Positions 50,669 to 63,970 of a stretch of DNA of 64,000 nt are shown piece after piece. The DNA lies in NCBI RefSeq assembly GCF_018350175.1, contig NC_058368.1, positions 235,664,001 to 235,728,000 on the forward strand, read 5' to 3'. The notes below the pieces were generated by a model. The model made no database searches and was not told where the DNA came from. It was given only the letters and a program-made list of their open reading frames with translations. The position numbers and the translations under genes are program-made. Source of the stretch: Felis catus (lineage: Eukaryota). Position 1 is the first letter of the stretch. Every line of letters starts with the position of its first letter.

Positions 50669-51331
50669 CCTCCCCCTGCCAAAGCAGAAGTCATTAAACA
50701 GTCACTTAAATTTCATCAATCTCACAGATTTTATGTGCGGCTGATTTTTTTATTTTTTGAGGATTTTTGACTACACTTGTGCTTAATTCCAAATGGGCAA
50801 TTTGATCGAGAATGGCAGTTAGAAGCAGTTAAAAAGCCCACGTGCCACGGAACCCAGTTGTCAGAGTGACGTCATGTCAGTCAAGCCCAGAGAGTACGAA
50901 GTGGGATGGAAAGGCGCTGCACTTAGAGAAGAGGCAGATTTGAAAGCGGACGTCTGTACTGGATGGGGCCCCACGGCCCTCTACACCCTAGATCCCTCAG
51001 ATGCCCCAGGGCCTTAAACTAGCCCTCCATTTTTCTCCCTCCGTCACCCGTCTGACTGATGCCACCTCTCATAGCTTTTGCTTCTGCTGTGCCTTCCACC
51101 GGAAGCACCTTCCCCACTGCCTGGAGGAAGTCGCCCTTACTTGAGGTTCTAGCACAAATGTCGCTCCTTCTGTCAAGTTTTCTGACTCTGCTGCCCAAAT
51201 ATAGGCAGAAACAATTTGCCTGGGTATTGAGTGACAAGCTGTGTCTGGCCGCCTTCTGTGGCTGGTGCTACCACCTTGCTTTCTATCATTTCATGAAAGA
51301 TGCAGAGGCTGGACTATTCCCTACTTTGCTA

Positions 51332-51350
51332 AAGTTTATTTATTTATTTG

Positions 51351-51398
<48 letters not shown>

Positions 51399-51525
51399 CC
51401 CAAGCAGGCTCTGCACTGTCAGCATGGAGCCCAACATGGGGCTCGAACTCAGGAACCATGAAATCATGACCCGAGCCGAAATCAGGAGTTGGATGCTTAT
51501 CTGACTGAGCCACCCAGGTGTCCCC
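51332..51525 (-). mobile_element. Can-SINE with (GA)n expansion
   Basis: gaatcccaagcaggctctgcactgtcagcatggagccc...gagccacccaggtgtcccc. Confidence 0.95.
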
Positions 51526-53135
51526 TTTTCTACTTCTCTTTGTAGCTCCATAATCTAGCTCCAGGTTGGGAACCTAATGATTTTTCAAAAAGTCCTTGGG
51601 GTACCCATTGTCCACCCAATAGAAGCGGCTACCACAGCCTCCCACGTTCCAGAATCTCGCCGGATTCCCTCTTGTTCCCTGAGATTATGGCCCTGGTGGA
51701 TGTCCTGCTGGTGTCTCCTGTCTGTCCGGGTGGACATCAGGACATCCGGTCTTGCTCCTTTGTCGTGGCAACATCTGCTTCTCATCGTAGCCACTGGAGG
51801 GACCCCGTGGGCGAGAAGGAACGGGGTCTTGGTCCTGATAAGGATGAGGCCTTGCTGCTCGGCACCAGGTGGGGAGTGAACAGGGGTAGTGAATCACAGG
51901 GTGAAATGTTCAGTTAAGTAAATTAAAGCTGAATGAAATGCATGTTTTTCAAGGACTTGTATGCTTTGTGGCTGTTGAACGGCCATAACAAACTCCACTT
52001 GGATGTCCCGTGCTCCACAACCCCCAACAGCCACGGCTCCCGGAGCTGGGGGCATCGGGGCCACGCCTGCGCACGGAGGTGCCACCTCCCATGTCACCCA
52101 CTGTGGGCATGGCCGCAGGCATAGGTGGAGGTGCACGGGCAGGTGCAGGGGTCGGTGGGAAGCTCTGCTGAGATGTCCGAGAGATGGAAATCTCTGCCTG
52201 GGTTCACAGCTCTGCTGAGTAGAGCGCCCACCAACATGCACTCCGGCAGCACCCAGAAGCTGAGTTCTGGTGGCATCCCTCACAAATCAGGAGCTCTCTG
52301 GGGAACCTTGGATGACCAGGAAACATTTTCCCGTACAAAGGATCCCAGCCTGGTGCAGCAATAGGGTTCCTCTCCTTAGCATTCAGGCCACACTTCAAAA
52401 GATGTTACAACTGTTTCCGGTTCGTCCTTAAAGTAAGGATTTACTAGGAGGGAAATAAGTAGGAGCTTCCACCCAAGGTTCTGCTCACTGGGGGACTTTC
52501 CTGATGTCACCTGACTTCCTCCCCTGGCATCTTCTGATATTGTTTTCTTTTCATCTGTTAACGAGTGGAAACTATGGCTTCGACAGACCTACTCATGTAG
52601 TTTAATACGATAGAAGTTGAAATACCCTTGGAGTCATGAATTTTAGATGGGGTCTAGAATAAGAGGTTAAAGGAGATGCTCCTCCTCACTCTTGATGCAG
52701 ATGTTGGTGTTTGAGGAACTTTGTAATTGCTACAAGAAAAGCCAGCCAGGGGAAGATGATGTACACTTTCCAAGCACATCGTATGAATAACTGTGAGTTC
52801 AGAAAGAAAAATTCCCCTGCTGTTGGGCTCTATGGGTGGCCAGACCCAAATCCCTAAATGCCAAGTTTAAAACTTCTAGTGGGATATTACATATTATTTT
52901 TAATGGAATTGGGCAGAATGTCACAATTTTGACCACTTACATTTTTAACAATTTAAAAATTGTTCTTAATAATATGAATTTTTAATAACCCAAAGTGTTC
53001 TTTAAAACATACGAGCCATCCTTCCTGAGGCACTGGAGGATGGGGTTTATAAAGCCTGCATTGAATTCTAAGGCAGACGTTGACATTTTCGAGGACGAGC
53101 ATTATCCTTACTGAGCATTACACAATCAGAAGAGA

Positions 53136-53711
53136 TGTGTGCTAGTTTTCTTTCGCTGCATAACAAATGACCAGAAACTTAGCAGCTTCAAAAAACCCAT
53201 CATTTATCAGCTCATAGTACTCTAGATCGGAAGTTGGCATCGCGTGTGGCTGGATTCTCTCCTTAAGGTCCTACTAGGCTGAAGTCAAGGGGGCAGCTGT
53301 ACTGTGCACCTTTCCAGAGTATCTGGGGGAAGAATTCACTTCCAAACTTATTCAGATTGTTGGAGAATTTGGCTCAGTGTGGCCGTGGGACAGGGGTTTC
53401 CATTTCCTTGTTGGCAGTCACCTGGGACCCATCCTCAGTTTCTCGAAACTGTCCACCCTCCTTGCCGTGTGACCCCCTCCATTTTCAAAGCCAAGAATGG
53501 AAGATCTCTCTCTCATCAAATGCCCTCATTCCTTGAAATCTCTTCTGCCAGGAGAGAAGGTTCATCTGACGATGTCCAACTCCTAAAGTCAACTGACTTG
53601 GGACCTTAATTACATATTAAAATCCCTTTATGGTCGTCATCAGATTACTAGTTCATTGGATGAAGATGTGCAGGCACGAGGGAGTGGCACATCTCCATTT
53701 TGCTTTCCACA
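53136..53711 (-). mobile_element. MaLR LTR (MLT1E-like)
   Basis: gctgcataacaaatgaccagaaacttagcagctt; ctgggggaagaattcacttccaaacttattcag; aagtcaactgacttgggaccttaattacat. Confidence 0.85.
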
Positions 53712-55279
53712 GAGAAGAAAAAATGGGTGCCCAGTTGAGCAATTCTTTCTTTCAGTGCACATCTACTGAGCATCCTCCATGTGGTGACCACACACTGCCT
53801 GTAGGGCAGTGAGCTTACAAGTTCACGGTGCAGCAAGCAATGACTGATGGGTCTAATATGGCTATACTCTACTCAAGTATACACCGTGAAGTGTTAAATA
53901 GTCCTTTAACAGACACAAACATGGTATGAGACACATTCAAAAAGCTAAACCAAAAGGATTTGACGATTCATAAGAAAAAAAAGTGGGAAGGACCTAGGAC
54001 TTCTGGCAAGTAACTTGGAGCCAGTACCTAGAAACTGAGCCAGGGACTAGGAAGGGGAATATAGAATAAGGGATATACTTGGGGAAAATCATTAAGCCAC
54101 GACTTGACAGTTTGAAGTACCAAGAAGACTTTCAGGAGGATCTTCTGAGGGGAGTCCTTGCCCTCAAGAGAGATTTGGGCTGTGAACCCTTAGAGCCATT
54201 ACTCTGAAGATGAAGGTGAAGCCAACTTCACCCGGGGAGTGTGCGTAGAAAAATGGCGGCCGTCAAGGCTGAAATGTCAGGCAACACTAGCATTTTTCAC
54301 GAGACCTGAATATGCACAGATGTTTGTTTTACCTCCAATTAGAAATTTCTTTCAGCCCACTCTATCATGGTGTTGTTGTTCCTTCATTTTCCAACTTCCC
54401 GCAGGTACTCAGGGTAGTGACTGGCCTTCAGTAGCTGCTCGGGGGCTGTTTGTTGGTGGGTTAATGTTAGACTTGTAAATCAGAGTCCCCCAGATGGTTG
54501 CTTATGCCTAACAACTGTGCCAAATCCTTAGGCCAGATGAGATGATGTATTGCAAACTCAAAAGGGCTCTAATAATACCCATTATGACGAAGAGCGGAAG
54601 CCCAGACAAAATGGTAAAAAGAAGGCGGCTGTGAGTTCCCCAGGGCTTTACTAGTGAAGGCACTAACTTAAAATCAACGCAAGCCTGGGGAACGTGTGTC
54701 AACCTAATGGTGGGGAGGGAGGCTACAGACATGGGCGGTGGAACTCAGGAGGAGTTATTGCCCCATAACAAAGAAATCTGTGGATAGACTTCCATTTTCT
54801 CTTCTCAGAAAAGCAGCAGGAGTGCTCCTGCTCGGAGGTTCGAGTTTGGACAGGAATTTTCAAACACAATAGACCCCTCGTGAGATCCTAGAATTATTCT
54901 GTCCCTAAGGAGTCCCCAGTGTTGTCAGTAACCTAAATTCAAATCTAAAAGAAGATTCTCCTCCCAGGCTTGCGGCTTCACGGTCTGTGCAATGCGCCTT
55001 GTTTCCCACGCGAGTCTTGACCTCCGTGTCCAGCTCCGTGGAAAGAAGTGTGTGGGCCAGTCTCTCTGGGGATGGTTTCCTGACTGACTACTCACTTTCC
55101 TTCAAGCCTGTCCCCTACCCCCTCACCAAGGTTTCACACCCCCTGGGCCTTTCCTCTCTCACCTTTAGTGTATGGACCACCGGGCTTCACCAACCCTGAG
55201 CGGATTCTCAACGAACACGTAACCCATCAGCTACATCCTTGACCTGCTTCTTGCATATTTGTTTCCTCTGGTCTCATTG

Positions 55280-55489
55280 TTTTCAATCTTGATTTTTATT
55301 TTTGAGAGAGAGACAGAGCGTGAGTAGGGGAGGGACAGAGAGAGAGAGAGAGGAGACACAGAATCTGAAACAGGCTCCAGGCTCTGAGCTGTCAGCGCAG
55401 AGCCCAACGTAGGGCTTGAACTCAAGAAGGGCGAGACCATGACCTGAGCTGAAGTCAGACGCTTAGCGGACTGAGCCACCCAGGTGCCC
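55280..55489 (-). mobile_element. Can-SINE
   Basis: Canonical body; degenerate TSD ttcct(c/t)tggt(c/t)tcatt. Confidence 0.95.
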
Positions 55490-56147
55490 TTCCTTTGGTT
55501 TCATTTTTAATCTCATCATGGTTTTATGATTGCTCAAGCCCTTCTAAGTACTTTAAGCTTCAAGCTGGGGAGCACCCTGGAATCTGAAGATAGGATTCAA
55601 GGGATCTCAGCTGAGAAAAGAGGGGGAATTGCAGGCAGGGAGCTAACCATGTTGGACATGATAGGGTTCACACTCACTGTCCACTGGATCAAAACTTGAG
55701 GAAGTATTCTGGATGGTCTATTCGTTTGTAAAATAATTCAGCACAGCAATTACTCTACGTGTTGACGTTAAGGCTTCCATGCTCAGTTCTACATCAACGC
55801 ATGTTTTATGTTCTCACGAACGCTGTGATTTACATGGGAAACTCAAGTGCCCAACTCTTGCCCAGTGGAGAATACAAACTGTCTGTGGAAAGATAACGGC
55901 TGTTTAAATCTACCTTTTCCACTCAGAAGACAAGGGAAACTCTCCTTTTCATTTCATTGTTGGATCTGTCACCAACTATTGATTCTTCCTTTCCGACCCT
56001 TTCTGTCTTGCTAATGCCATCAGCAGAGGTGAGGCACTCAGTAGTTTGTGTCTGCTTGTCGCTGAAATAAGGACGGAACTGACCCACAGGGAAGGAGATT
56101 TAGTCATAGAGCAAAATAATGGCAAGAGATGGCCATAAGACCTAATT

Positions 56148-56430
56148 TATCCCCTTTCTCCTCCTCCTTCCCTCCCTCCCTTCCCTCCCTCCCTCCCTCC
56201 CACCTCCCTCCTTCCTTCCCTACTTCCTCCCTCCCTCCCTCCTTCCTTCTTTCCTTCCCTCCTTCCTTCCTTCTTTCCTTCCTTCTTCCCTCCCTCCCTC
56301 CATCCTACTTTCATCCCTCCCTCCCACCTCCCTCCTTCCTTCCCTACTTCCTCCCTCCCTCCCTCCCTCCTTCCTTCTTTCCTTCCTTCTTTCCTTCCTT
56401 CCTTCCTTCCTTCCTTCCTTCCTTCCTTCC
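56148..56430. repeat. Polypyrimidine (CCCT)n/(CCTT)n tract
   Basis: About 280 bp almost purine-free. Confidence 0.95.
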
Positions 56431-56720
56431 GTAGACATATGCTGAGCATATATCATTATGGTCCAGTGATTGAGTTCACAAAAATAAACAGTAAAATCCT
56501 CATGCTCAAAGGAGCTGGTGGTAAAACACTGTCACGAATGTCACGGCAGGAAAGAGAGAACTACCCATAAGCCGTGGGTGCTGGGCCGGGCTCTACGGAA
56601 GGCTTCCTGGAAGTGGATCTCCCATTGAAGCTGGGAGTTGAAAGCTGAGCAGCAGGCGAGCAGTGAGGGTGGTGGAGGGTGTGGTTCCAAGTCCTGGGAG
56701 AGGCAGGAGCGCAGAAAATG
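56431..56720 (-). mobile_element. L2 fragment abutting the CCTT tract
   Basis: tgctgagca; ggaaggcttcctggaag; gaagctgggagttgaaag. Confidence 0.55.
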
Positions 56721-59429
56721 TCAGGAGAGAACACAGGATACCTGAGAGAACACGCGTTACCTTCCAGGATGGCTTGAGAATTAGTTTCAGGAGAAAGAGC
56801 TTGACCAGGAAGCCAGAGGGGGTGGGGGCGCCGAGACCCTGATGGAACCTCCAGGCCATGCTAGGTTTAGATTTTGCTCAGGGTAGAAAGACGGCCGGCC
56901 GGAGGGTTTGAAACCAGGGGAGGCATGAGTGGACTCCTCCTTTCCGGTTTGTTCATCTCTCCAAAATGTAAGCTTTGCTCCTAGAATCAAGGAGAATGTC
57001 TGGCATGTAATAGGCACATGAAAACTCTGCATCGATGGGCCTTTTTTAAAGCTCAGGTGAAAAGACCTACTACAGTCAAGGCCTTTTGTGGATTCTGGAA
57101 GACAACGCAAGTAATCGCATGGGCAGAGCCGTGATGGAAACACTCGTACGATTATGCAGAAACCACCTTCTTAACTAAAGTACACACTTACGTGCAAGGC
57201 TACAGAGCGTGAATGTGGTCCTTTTTAATCAATAATGGCCTCTCTCTGTGACCGTTTGGGAGAGCTTCTGGAATGAAAGCCGAACACCAAGGAGCCTACT
57301 ATCGGGGCAGAAGCATCTCCAGGTGCACAGAGAAAAAGGAAGGGTACGGGGGAGATGGGTGGCGAGTGTGCAAACCGGCCCCGTGCGGAAGGTCCGTGTG
57401 CTCCACACGCTCTGCTCTGTGAAGTGGAAACACAGGGTTAAGCTCTGCGGCCGCCCTGGATGTCATCACCCCAGTCCACTGTAAGCGTCCCCTAAGACAT
57501 CTTTCTGGTTCTCATCTCCAACCCCCCGCCCGCCCCCGCACGTTTCTAGTCCAACCAACCTGCACTCTTATCAGACTAATGCTCCCCAAACACCCGTTTC
57601 GTCATGACATCGCCTGGGTCAAATAGTTACGACCTAGACAGCATTCATCTAACAAATATTTATGATCTGGCAGCCTGGGCTGCTGGGCCACAGCTAAGCT
57701 GATCTGAACAAGCCATCTGCGTGGTCCTTGAGTGTTCAGAGCCTGGAGAAATGCTAGTGGCAGGGGAGCACCTTCATTAGGAGCTAAGGTTCCTGCTCTG
57801 GGCAGGACCAGACTGGCATCCCTACCGAAGCATCGTGTGGTTCCCCAGCCTTCTTTTCTGCCAAGCGCACACCCGCCTCTCATGGGGGGAGGAAACAGGT
57901 GAAGAATGACCCACCCTAGAGGTCAGGAGATATCAAGAGCGTCATCCAGAGGATTCCGCGTGATACTCATTTAGGACACTCCGGCCTGGCTCCTGATTAC
58001 CTCACAAACTTTTTTTCTGGCTATTCCAAGAAATTGCAATTCCCCCCCTCGGTAGCTATTTGCACCTACCTGCTCACTTCCTTTCAAGTGGCAGCCACGG
58101 GAAGGGGGCCATGCATCCACCGAGGATGAGACAGAAGGCGTCAAGTGGTCAACGCATTAGGTGTTTCTCTGTCCTATCCCAGCGAGACTTCCTCCCTCGG
58201 GTGTGGGTTCTAAGACTGCTGGGAGACTGGATCTAACTCAGGCTCAGTGGTGAGGGGTGGGGCGCGGAGAGCAATGGAAATAAATAAAAATGGACTCATG
58301 TTCGTTATCAGGGCTGAGGATTTCGGCGACTCTCGCGTCACCCTGTGGAGCGTGGTTTATCGGACCCAAGTTGTGGATGAGGCAATGGAGACTCGTGGAG
58401 CCAGCCAGCTCCTACTCATACTGTAAGCAACTGCTAGGGTCACTGTTCGCACCCTTACTCCACAGCCCACGTTCTCCCCCTTGTTCCGTCCTGACCCTCA
58501 AAGAGCGTGAGACCGTTTCTTGGACCGGCTTTTTGTGTCAACGTTGGGTCTGCTCCTTCAAAACTGGCGAACTGCTTTTCAGAAATTGAGTGATGAGACA
58601 GTCCTCTGGAGTGGCCGGTCGTCAATCTAGGAGGATGGTCTGCCCATCCCGCGGAGCCCCGACAGACAGGGGGACAGGTAGTGCTTACCAAGCTATTGCA
58701 AGGAGAACGGGTCTGCTAGTTATTAAGTGTCTGGAAGCTATTTCCCAGTTTTTAAGTAGCCAGGATTTGCTGCTAATGTAGTCAGAGTCAACATTACGCC
58801 CACTGCTCATAAATGACTTGTTTAGAAGGAGGCAAGACATGTTGTGACTTGGCCGCCTTCTATTCTTTGGAGATAAGGTAACAGTTCCTAGTAACGAAAC
58901 ATGAAAACAAACACATTGCAATTATTTAACATATGTTACAAGTAAATAACTGGAGAATGCACATTTGCCTTCTTTCCCCCTGCCTTTTATTATTTCCTTT
59001 GAACTAACACGTCCCCGCAGCTGCCAAACACATGTTTTTTGGGCAGTAGAGTCCCTGGGAGGAGCGGCCCCGGGTTCCCTACCGCTCTCTGCCCGGCGCC
59101 GAGGTGCCCAGGGGACGAGATGACACTCTCACTCTGCCCACGGGTCACAGAGGTCCTCGCACACACGCTCGACCCAGTTCAAGAAATCCTGGCTTGTTAT
59201 TTACTTCAGCAGTGAAGTGAGAGGTGCCTTTTCCAGATGGGCCCCCAAGGTAGCCAACCAGGGGCAAAGCTTCTGCTTTCATCGGCACCCTGCCGTGTTG
59301 GGGCCACGCTGTCCGCGGAAGGCGCACCTGCTGGCGGACGGAAGCGTGAGCTCCAGAACGGGGCCACCGAGGGTGACTACTGTTCCATCCCGTTGTTCTG
59401 TCTGGAAGGTCCCCCTTCCCTTTCTGTGC

Positions 59430-59556
59430 CCTTCTGTGCCTCAGTTGCCCCCTGGAATATACCTCTTGGGGTGTGTGAAGACATTAACAGGGTGAATTGC
59501 GTAAACCCAGAGAGCAGAACCTGGGCCATGGGAAGCATTAAAGAGATATTTGCTGT
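59430..59556 (+). mobile_element. MIR fragment
   Basis: tctgtgcctcagtt...gtgtgtgaagacattaa...gtaaa...agcagaacctgg. Confidence 0.6.
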
Positions 59557-59711
59557 GACAGCGATGGCGGTGGTGATGGCGGTGGGGGCACTGATTAGAT
59601 TATGCAAAAAACTAGCGCACCGAATGATTCGAGGTACGGTCATTACACCACCGGTAGAACAGATACATAGGGGTAAAGAAGGTTGTGAAGTCACTTGTAT
59701 TATTTACTTTT

Positions 59712-59936
59712 TATTTTTTTTTAATTTTTTTTTCAACGTTTATTTATTTTTGGGACAGAGAGAGACAGAGCATGAACGGGGGAGGGGCAGAGAGAGAGGG
59801 AGACACAGAATCGGAAACAGGCTCCAGGCTCCGAGCCATCAGCCCAGAGCCCGACGCGGGGCTCGAACTCACGGACCGCGAGATCGTGACCTGGCTGAAG
59901 TCGGACGCTTAACTAACTGCGCCACCCAGGCGCCCC
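59712..59936 (-). mobile_element. Young felid Can-SINE
   Basis: Near-consensus with CpGs intact; TSD tattatttacttttt. Confidence 0.97.
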
Positions 59937-60499
59937 TATTATTTACTTTTTATTTAACACTGTCTTTAATAAATAAATGGATTGCATGTGTCTAAAGAGT
60001 TGGGATTAACCTAGCAAGAAACATAAAATACCATCTTTTCACCTGTTACGTTATTTCGGAAGGAAACTGTTTTATTAATTACACTTAGCTTGGTTAAAAA
60101 TTACATGCTGTGGTTCAGTCATGCAAAAATAAAACATCTATTTTCTCTCAAAAAACCCCGAGTTTTCCATGCGTCTCTTTTACTCAGGGGATTAAATATT
60201 CAAGGTAACTTTTTTTTTTTTGTCCTGTCTGAAGGACCTTCCAGGGTTACCTCAGTCCGTTTGGGGGAAACACCCAGTCTTTCAGAGGTGACCTCTTCAT
60301 TACAAAAATACATGTTGTATTTTAGAATAGTTTGGGTTTCCAGAAAAATTATGAAGGTAGTACAGAGAGTCCCCATACATCTCACACCCAGGTTCCTCTC
60401 TTACTGATAACTTACATTATTATGATGCTTTGGTTACAATGAATTCGCCAATACTCATACATTATTATTAACTAAAGTGCATATTCAGATTTGCCTTAT

Positions 60500-60596
60500 T
60501 TATTTTTTATATTCTTTTTTTTAAAAGTTGATTTATTTTGAGAGAGACGGAGATGGTGTGAGTGGGGGAGGGGCAGAGAGAGAGAGAATCCCAAGG

Positions 60597-60638
<42 letters not shown>

Positions 60639-60733
60639 CCAATGCATGGCTCAAAGTCATGAAACCATGAGATCATGACCTGAGCCGAACTCAAGAGTCG
60701 GATGCATAACCGGCTGAGCCCCCCAGGTGCCCC
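60500..60733 (-). mobile_element. Can-SINE with internal (GA)n
   Basis: TSD tcaga..tgccttat. Confidence 0.9.
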
Positions 60734-61186
60734 TCAGACTGCCTTATCTTACTCAATGCCCGTTATGTATTCAGGGTGACATCCTAGATACCTTGTCACC
60801 TTAGACACCTCTTGGCTATGACATCTACTGAGTCTTTTCTTGTTTTTGATGAGTTTGTTTTGATGTTTTGAGGAGTCCTGGTCAAGTATTTTATAGAATG
60901 TGGATTAAATGGGATTTATCTGAGGTTTTTCTCACCACTAGAATGACTTTATGGGAGGAAGGTCCCTGAGACAAGGGACCGTTTTTATTTAATCATATCC
61001 AGGGTGCCTGCGACCAACATGACTTATCACTGTTGATGCTGACCTTGACCTCCTGGCTGAGGGAATGTTTCTCAGCTTCTCCACTAAAAAATCACACCTT
61101 TTCTTCCTTTTTGTAGTGTACTCCTTGGAAGGAAGTCACTATGTGAAACACATACTACATAGTGGGGAATTGTACTTTATGAGTTT

Positions 61187-61549
61187 TGTCTTTGTCTGGG
61201 TTGCGATCACAAAATCCGATAGACTGAGTGGCTTGTAAACAACAGAGATTTATTTGTCATAGTTCTGGAAGCTGGAAAGCCCCAGGTGAAGGTGCTGGCA
61301 GCTTCGTTGTCTCGTGGGATCCCCCTTCCTGGTTCATAGACGGCTGTCTTCTCAAGGTGCTCTCACATGGCAGATGGGATGAGGAAGCTGTCTGGGGTCT
61401 CCTTTATAAGGGCACTCATCCAATTAATAAGGGGTCTGCTCTTATGACCTAATCATCTCCCAAAGACCCCACGTCCAAACACCATAACATTGGAGGTTAG
61501 ATCACAACACATGAATGGGGGAGGGATACCTAAAGATTCAGTCTATAGC
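61187..61549 (-). mobile_element. MaLR LTR (MLT1A0-like)
   Basis: gactgagtggcttgtaaacaacaga; tttataagggcact; atgacctaatcatctcccaaag; attcagtctatagca. Confidence 0.85.
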
Positions 61550-62288
61550 AAATATCTACATAAATTACTGGGAGTTTTTCTGCATGGGAGGTTTGTCTAT
61601 TCTTCCATATCTATTTATTTAAAAATTTCTGGATATCAGTGTGAACTCATGGACATTTATTGTGTACTCTGAATTCCAGTCCAATACGGTCGTACTTCTT
61701 TTGTAACTTAGGTGTTTAGCAATGGCCATGGGGAGCTGTTCCAGTTGGCTCCCGTGTCCCTTTGAGACACCCCATTATTGTAATTTTCGTTTGCTTGGTT
61801 GTTTTTGAGAAATTCCTTACTTTGGGCCCTACAAGATGCTCCAAGCTCATCTTTTTATATCCAGTCATGGAATCAGCCCTTTATCTGAGGAATCCTGGCT
61901 CCCATATCAGAGACTGGACTTGGAGGCCGAGATCTGGGAGCCAGATATACTCCTCGCTCCTGGGGTGTTGTTGCTTCTTGACCCTCTCAGCTGGCTTGGC
62001 AAGGGAATACATGTGTGTGTTTTAACTCCTGTATATATTAATATCTCGCACATATTTCTAGAGGGAACATACTTTTCAATATTTTGCTAATTATGAGTTT
62101 ATACAGATATTTTAGACCCTCCTCCATTGCTTCATGGATCATTCTAGTCTCTCCTTGCTCATCTGTAACTTACCCCTCCGACCGTCTGCCATCCATCCTC
62201 CTAATTACTCAGTGACAGTGTTCATGTAGAGCAGTAGCATATTTGTTAACCCGTACTCCCACGCGAAATAACTTTATCAACTGACGTA

Positions 62289-63071
62289 CGGTAAGACCTC
62301 GCTTTGTGGGCATAAATCATTCTGGAAACATGCTTGTAATCCAAAGCACTTGTATATCAAAGTGAATTTCCCCATAAGAAATAATGGAAACTCAGATGAT
62401 TCATTCCACAGCCCCAAAGTATTCATATAAAAAAGATTACAATACTGTAATAGAATGCAGAATAAAGAAATACGAAATATAAAGGAAAACATATTAACCT
62501 TCGTGGGTGGTGTGCAGGAGACAAGGGAGAGGTGGGTTACTGTATAGGACAACTTTCACTATCACTAACGAATGTTACTACAGTGCAGCGTTTATAAACT
62601 CTTGGCATAGACTGTACTTAATGGAACTGGTAATAAGGCAGCAGAAGAAAGGGTCTCTATCTGCAGGCAGCCTGACCTAGAATGCAGCAAAGCATTCCTA
62701 AGCTCACTCTTATATGGAAAGACAAAGGACTGTCCTTAGGTGCTTTGAAGTGACAAAAAAATACACCAATGCCAGTGTGGGCACCTTCCAACATTTTGAG
62801 AAATCACTGATTCCTGCTAAACACAGTGGCCTGAGACTGAACATCTGAGCATGGCAGATGATCACCCACAATCCCGCCGAGACAGAGAGAGAGAAATGGG
62901 GGTGGGGAGGAGGAACCATTGGCTCAGTTGTGATCATGTGACTTTTGGAGTCATGTACTGCTTGTATTGCAGGACATTGCTCGTTTACCAAGTTAAAACT
63001 TATTAGAAGTGTTTGTTCATCTTGTGGAACACTCGTAGAATAAGTTACAAACCGAATTATAGATTCCACTA
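62289..63071. mobile_element. Carnivore TcMar-Tigger-type non-autonomous DNA transposon
   Basis: ta|cggtaagacctcg; ggaaacatgcttgtaatccaaagcacttgtatatcaaag; cccataagaaataatggaaac; exact family uncertain. Confidence 0.7.
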
Positions 63072-63357
63072 ATATCTGAAGTTGCTGAGGATGGAACCAC
63101 CCCCCCCGCCCTGTTCCCTTATGAGATTGTTTCATTTATTTGTTATAGCGTTAGATTGTTTTGTCGCATTGTGCAACATATCCGGGGATATCCTGACCTC
63201 CACTGTAAGGATGTGCCAGAGTGTGTTTATCTGTTCTTCTACTGAAACACATTATGGCTGCTTCCACTTTTAGGTGATAAGGAATTATCGTTAATATTCA
63301 TTAGTATAATGAATTAAGTTATAAGCATTTATAATGTTGGTGTGGACATAAGTTTTC

Positions 63358-63582
63358 TTTTTTTTTTTTTAATTTTTTTTTAATGTTTATTTATTTTTGA
63401 GACAGAGAGAGACAGAGCATGAACGGGGGAGGGTCAGAGAGAGGGAGACACAGAATCGGAAACAAGCTCCAGGCTCTGAGCTGTCAGCACAGGGCCCGAC
63501 GCAGGGCTCGAACTCACGGACCGCGAGGTCATGACCTGAGCCGAAGTCGGCGCCTTAACCGATTGAGCCACCCAGGCGCCCC
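63358..63582 (-). mobile_element. Felid Can-SINE
   Basis: TSD tggac(a/g)taagttttc. Confidence 0.97.
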
Positions 63583-63891
63583 TGGACGTAAGTTTTCAAA
63601 GCAGTTGGTTAAATTCCTAGAAATACGATTGCTGGCTTGTATGGTAGGACTTTGTTTAGTTTTGTAGGAAATTTCTACACTGGCTTCCAATGTGGCCGTG
63701 CCATTTTGTATTCCCCCCAGCAATAAATGAGAATTGTCATTAGTGTGCGCACTTAATGACAGTGAGCTTTGACGGGTGTTTTTTTTTTTTTCTGTTTTGT
63801 TTTGTTTTTTGTTTTTTGTTTGTGTTTTTGTGTTTTTGTTTTTGTTTTTGGCCATTCTAATATGTGTCAGTAGAATCTAATTGCTGTTTTA

Positions 63892-63970
63892 GGGACGCCA
63901 GCGTGGTTCAGTTGGTTAAACAGCCAACATCAACTCAGGTCATGATCTCACTGTTTGTGAGTTTGAGCCC
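63892..63970 (+). mobile_element. Can-SINE 5' fragment (3'-truncated)
   Basis: gggacgcc...ctcaggtcatgatctcac...gagtttgagccc, then unrelated sequence. Confidence 0.8.

Larger units (their letters stand above)
60305..63890 (-). mobile_element. Old L1M (L1MC/MD-like) 3' region, multiply interrupted
   Basis: gtacagagagtccccata; acattattattaactaaagt; ttttgaggagtcctggtcaagtattttatagaatg; ccattttgtattcccccagcaataaatgaga. Confidence 0.75.

Noticed and set aside
56129..56456. P/S/F-rich and EGRK-repeat ORFs
   Set aside because: Translations of the CCTT microsatellite.
59237..59995. Longest ORF in the track (252 aa)
   Set aside because: Runs through MIR fragments and an antisense SINE (ETEHERGRGRERGRHR...); a repeat-derived chance ORF.
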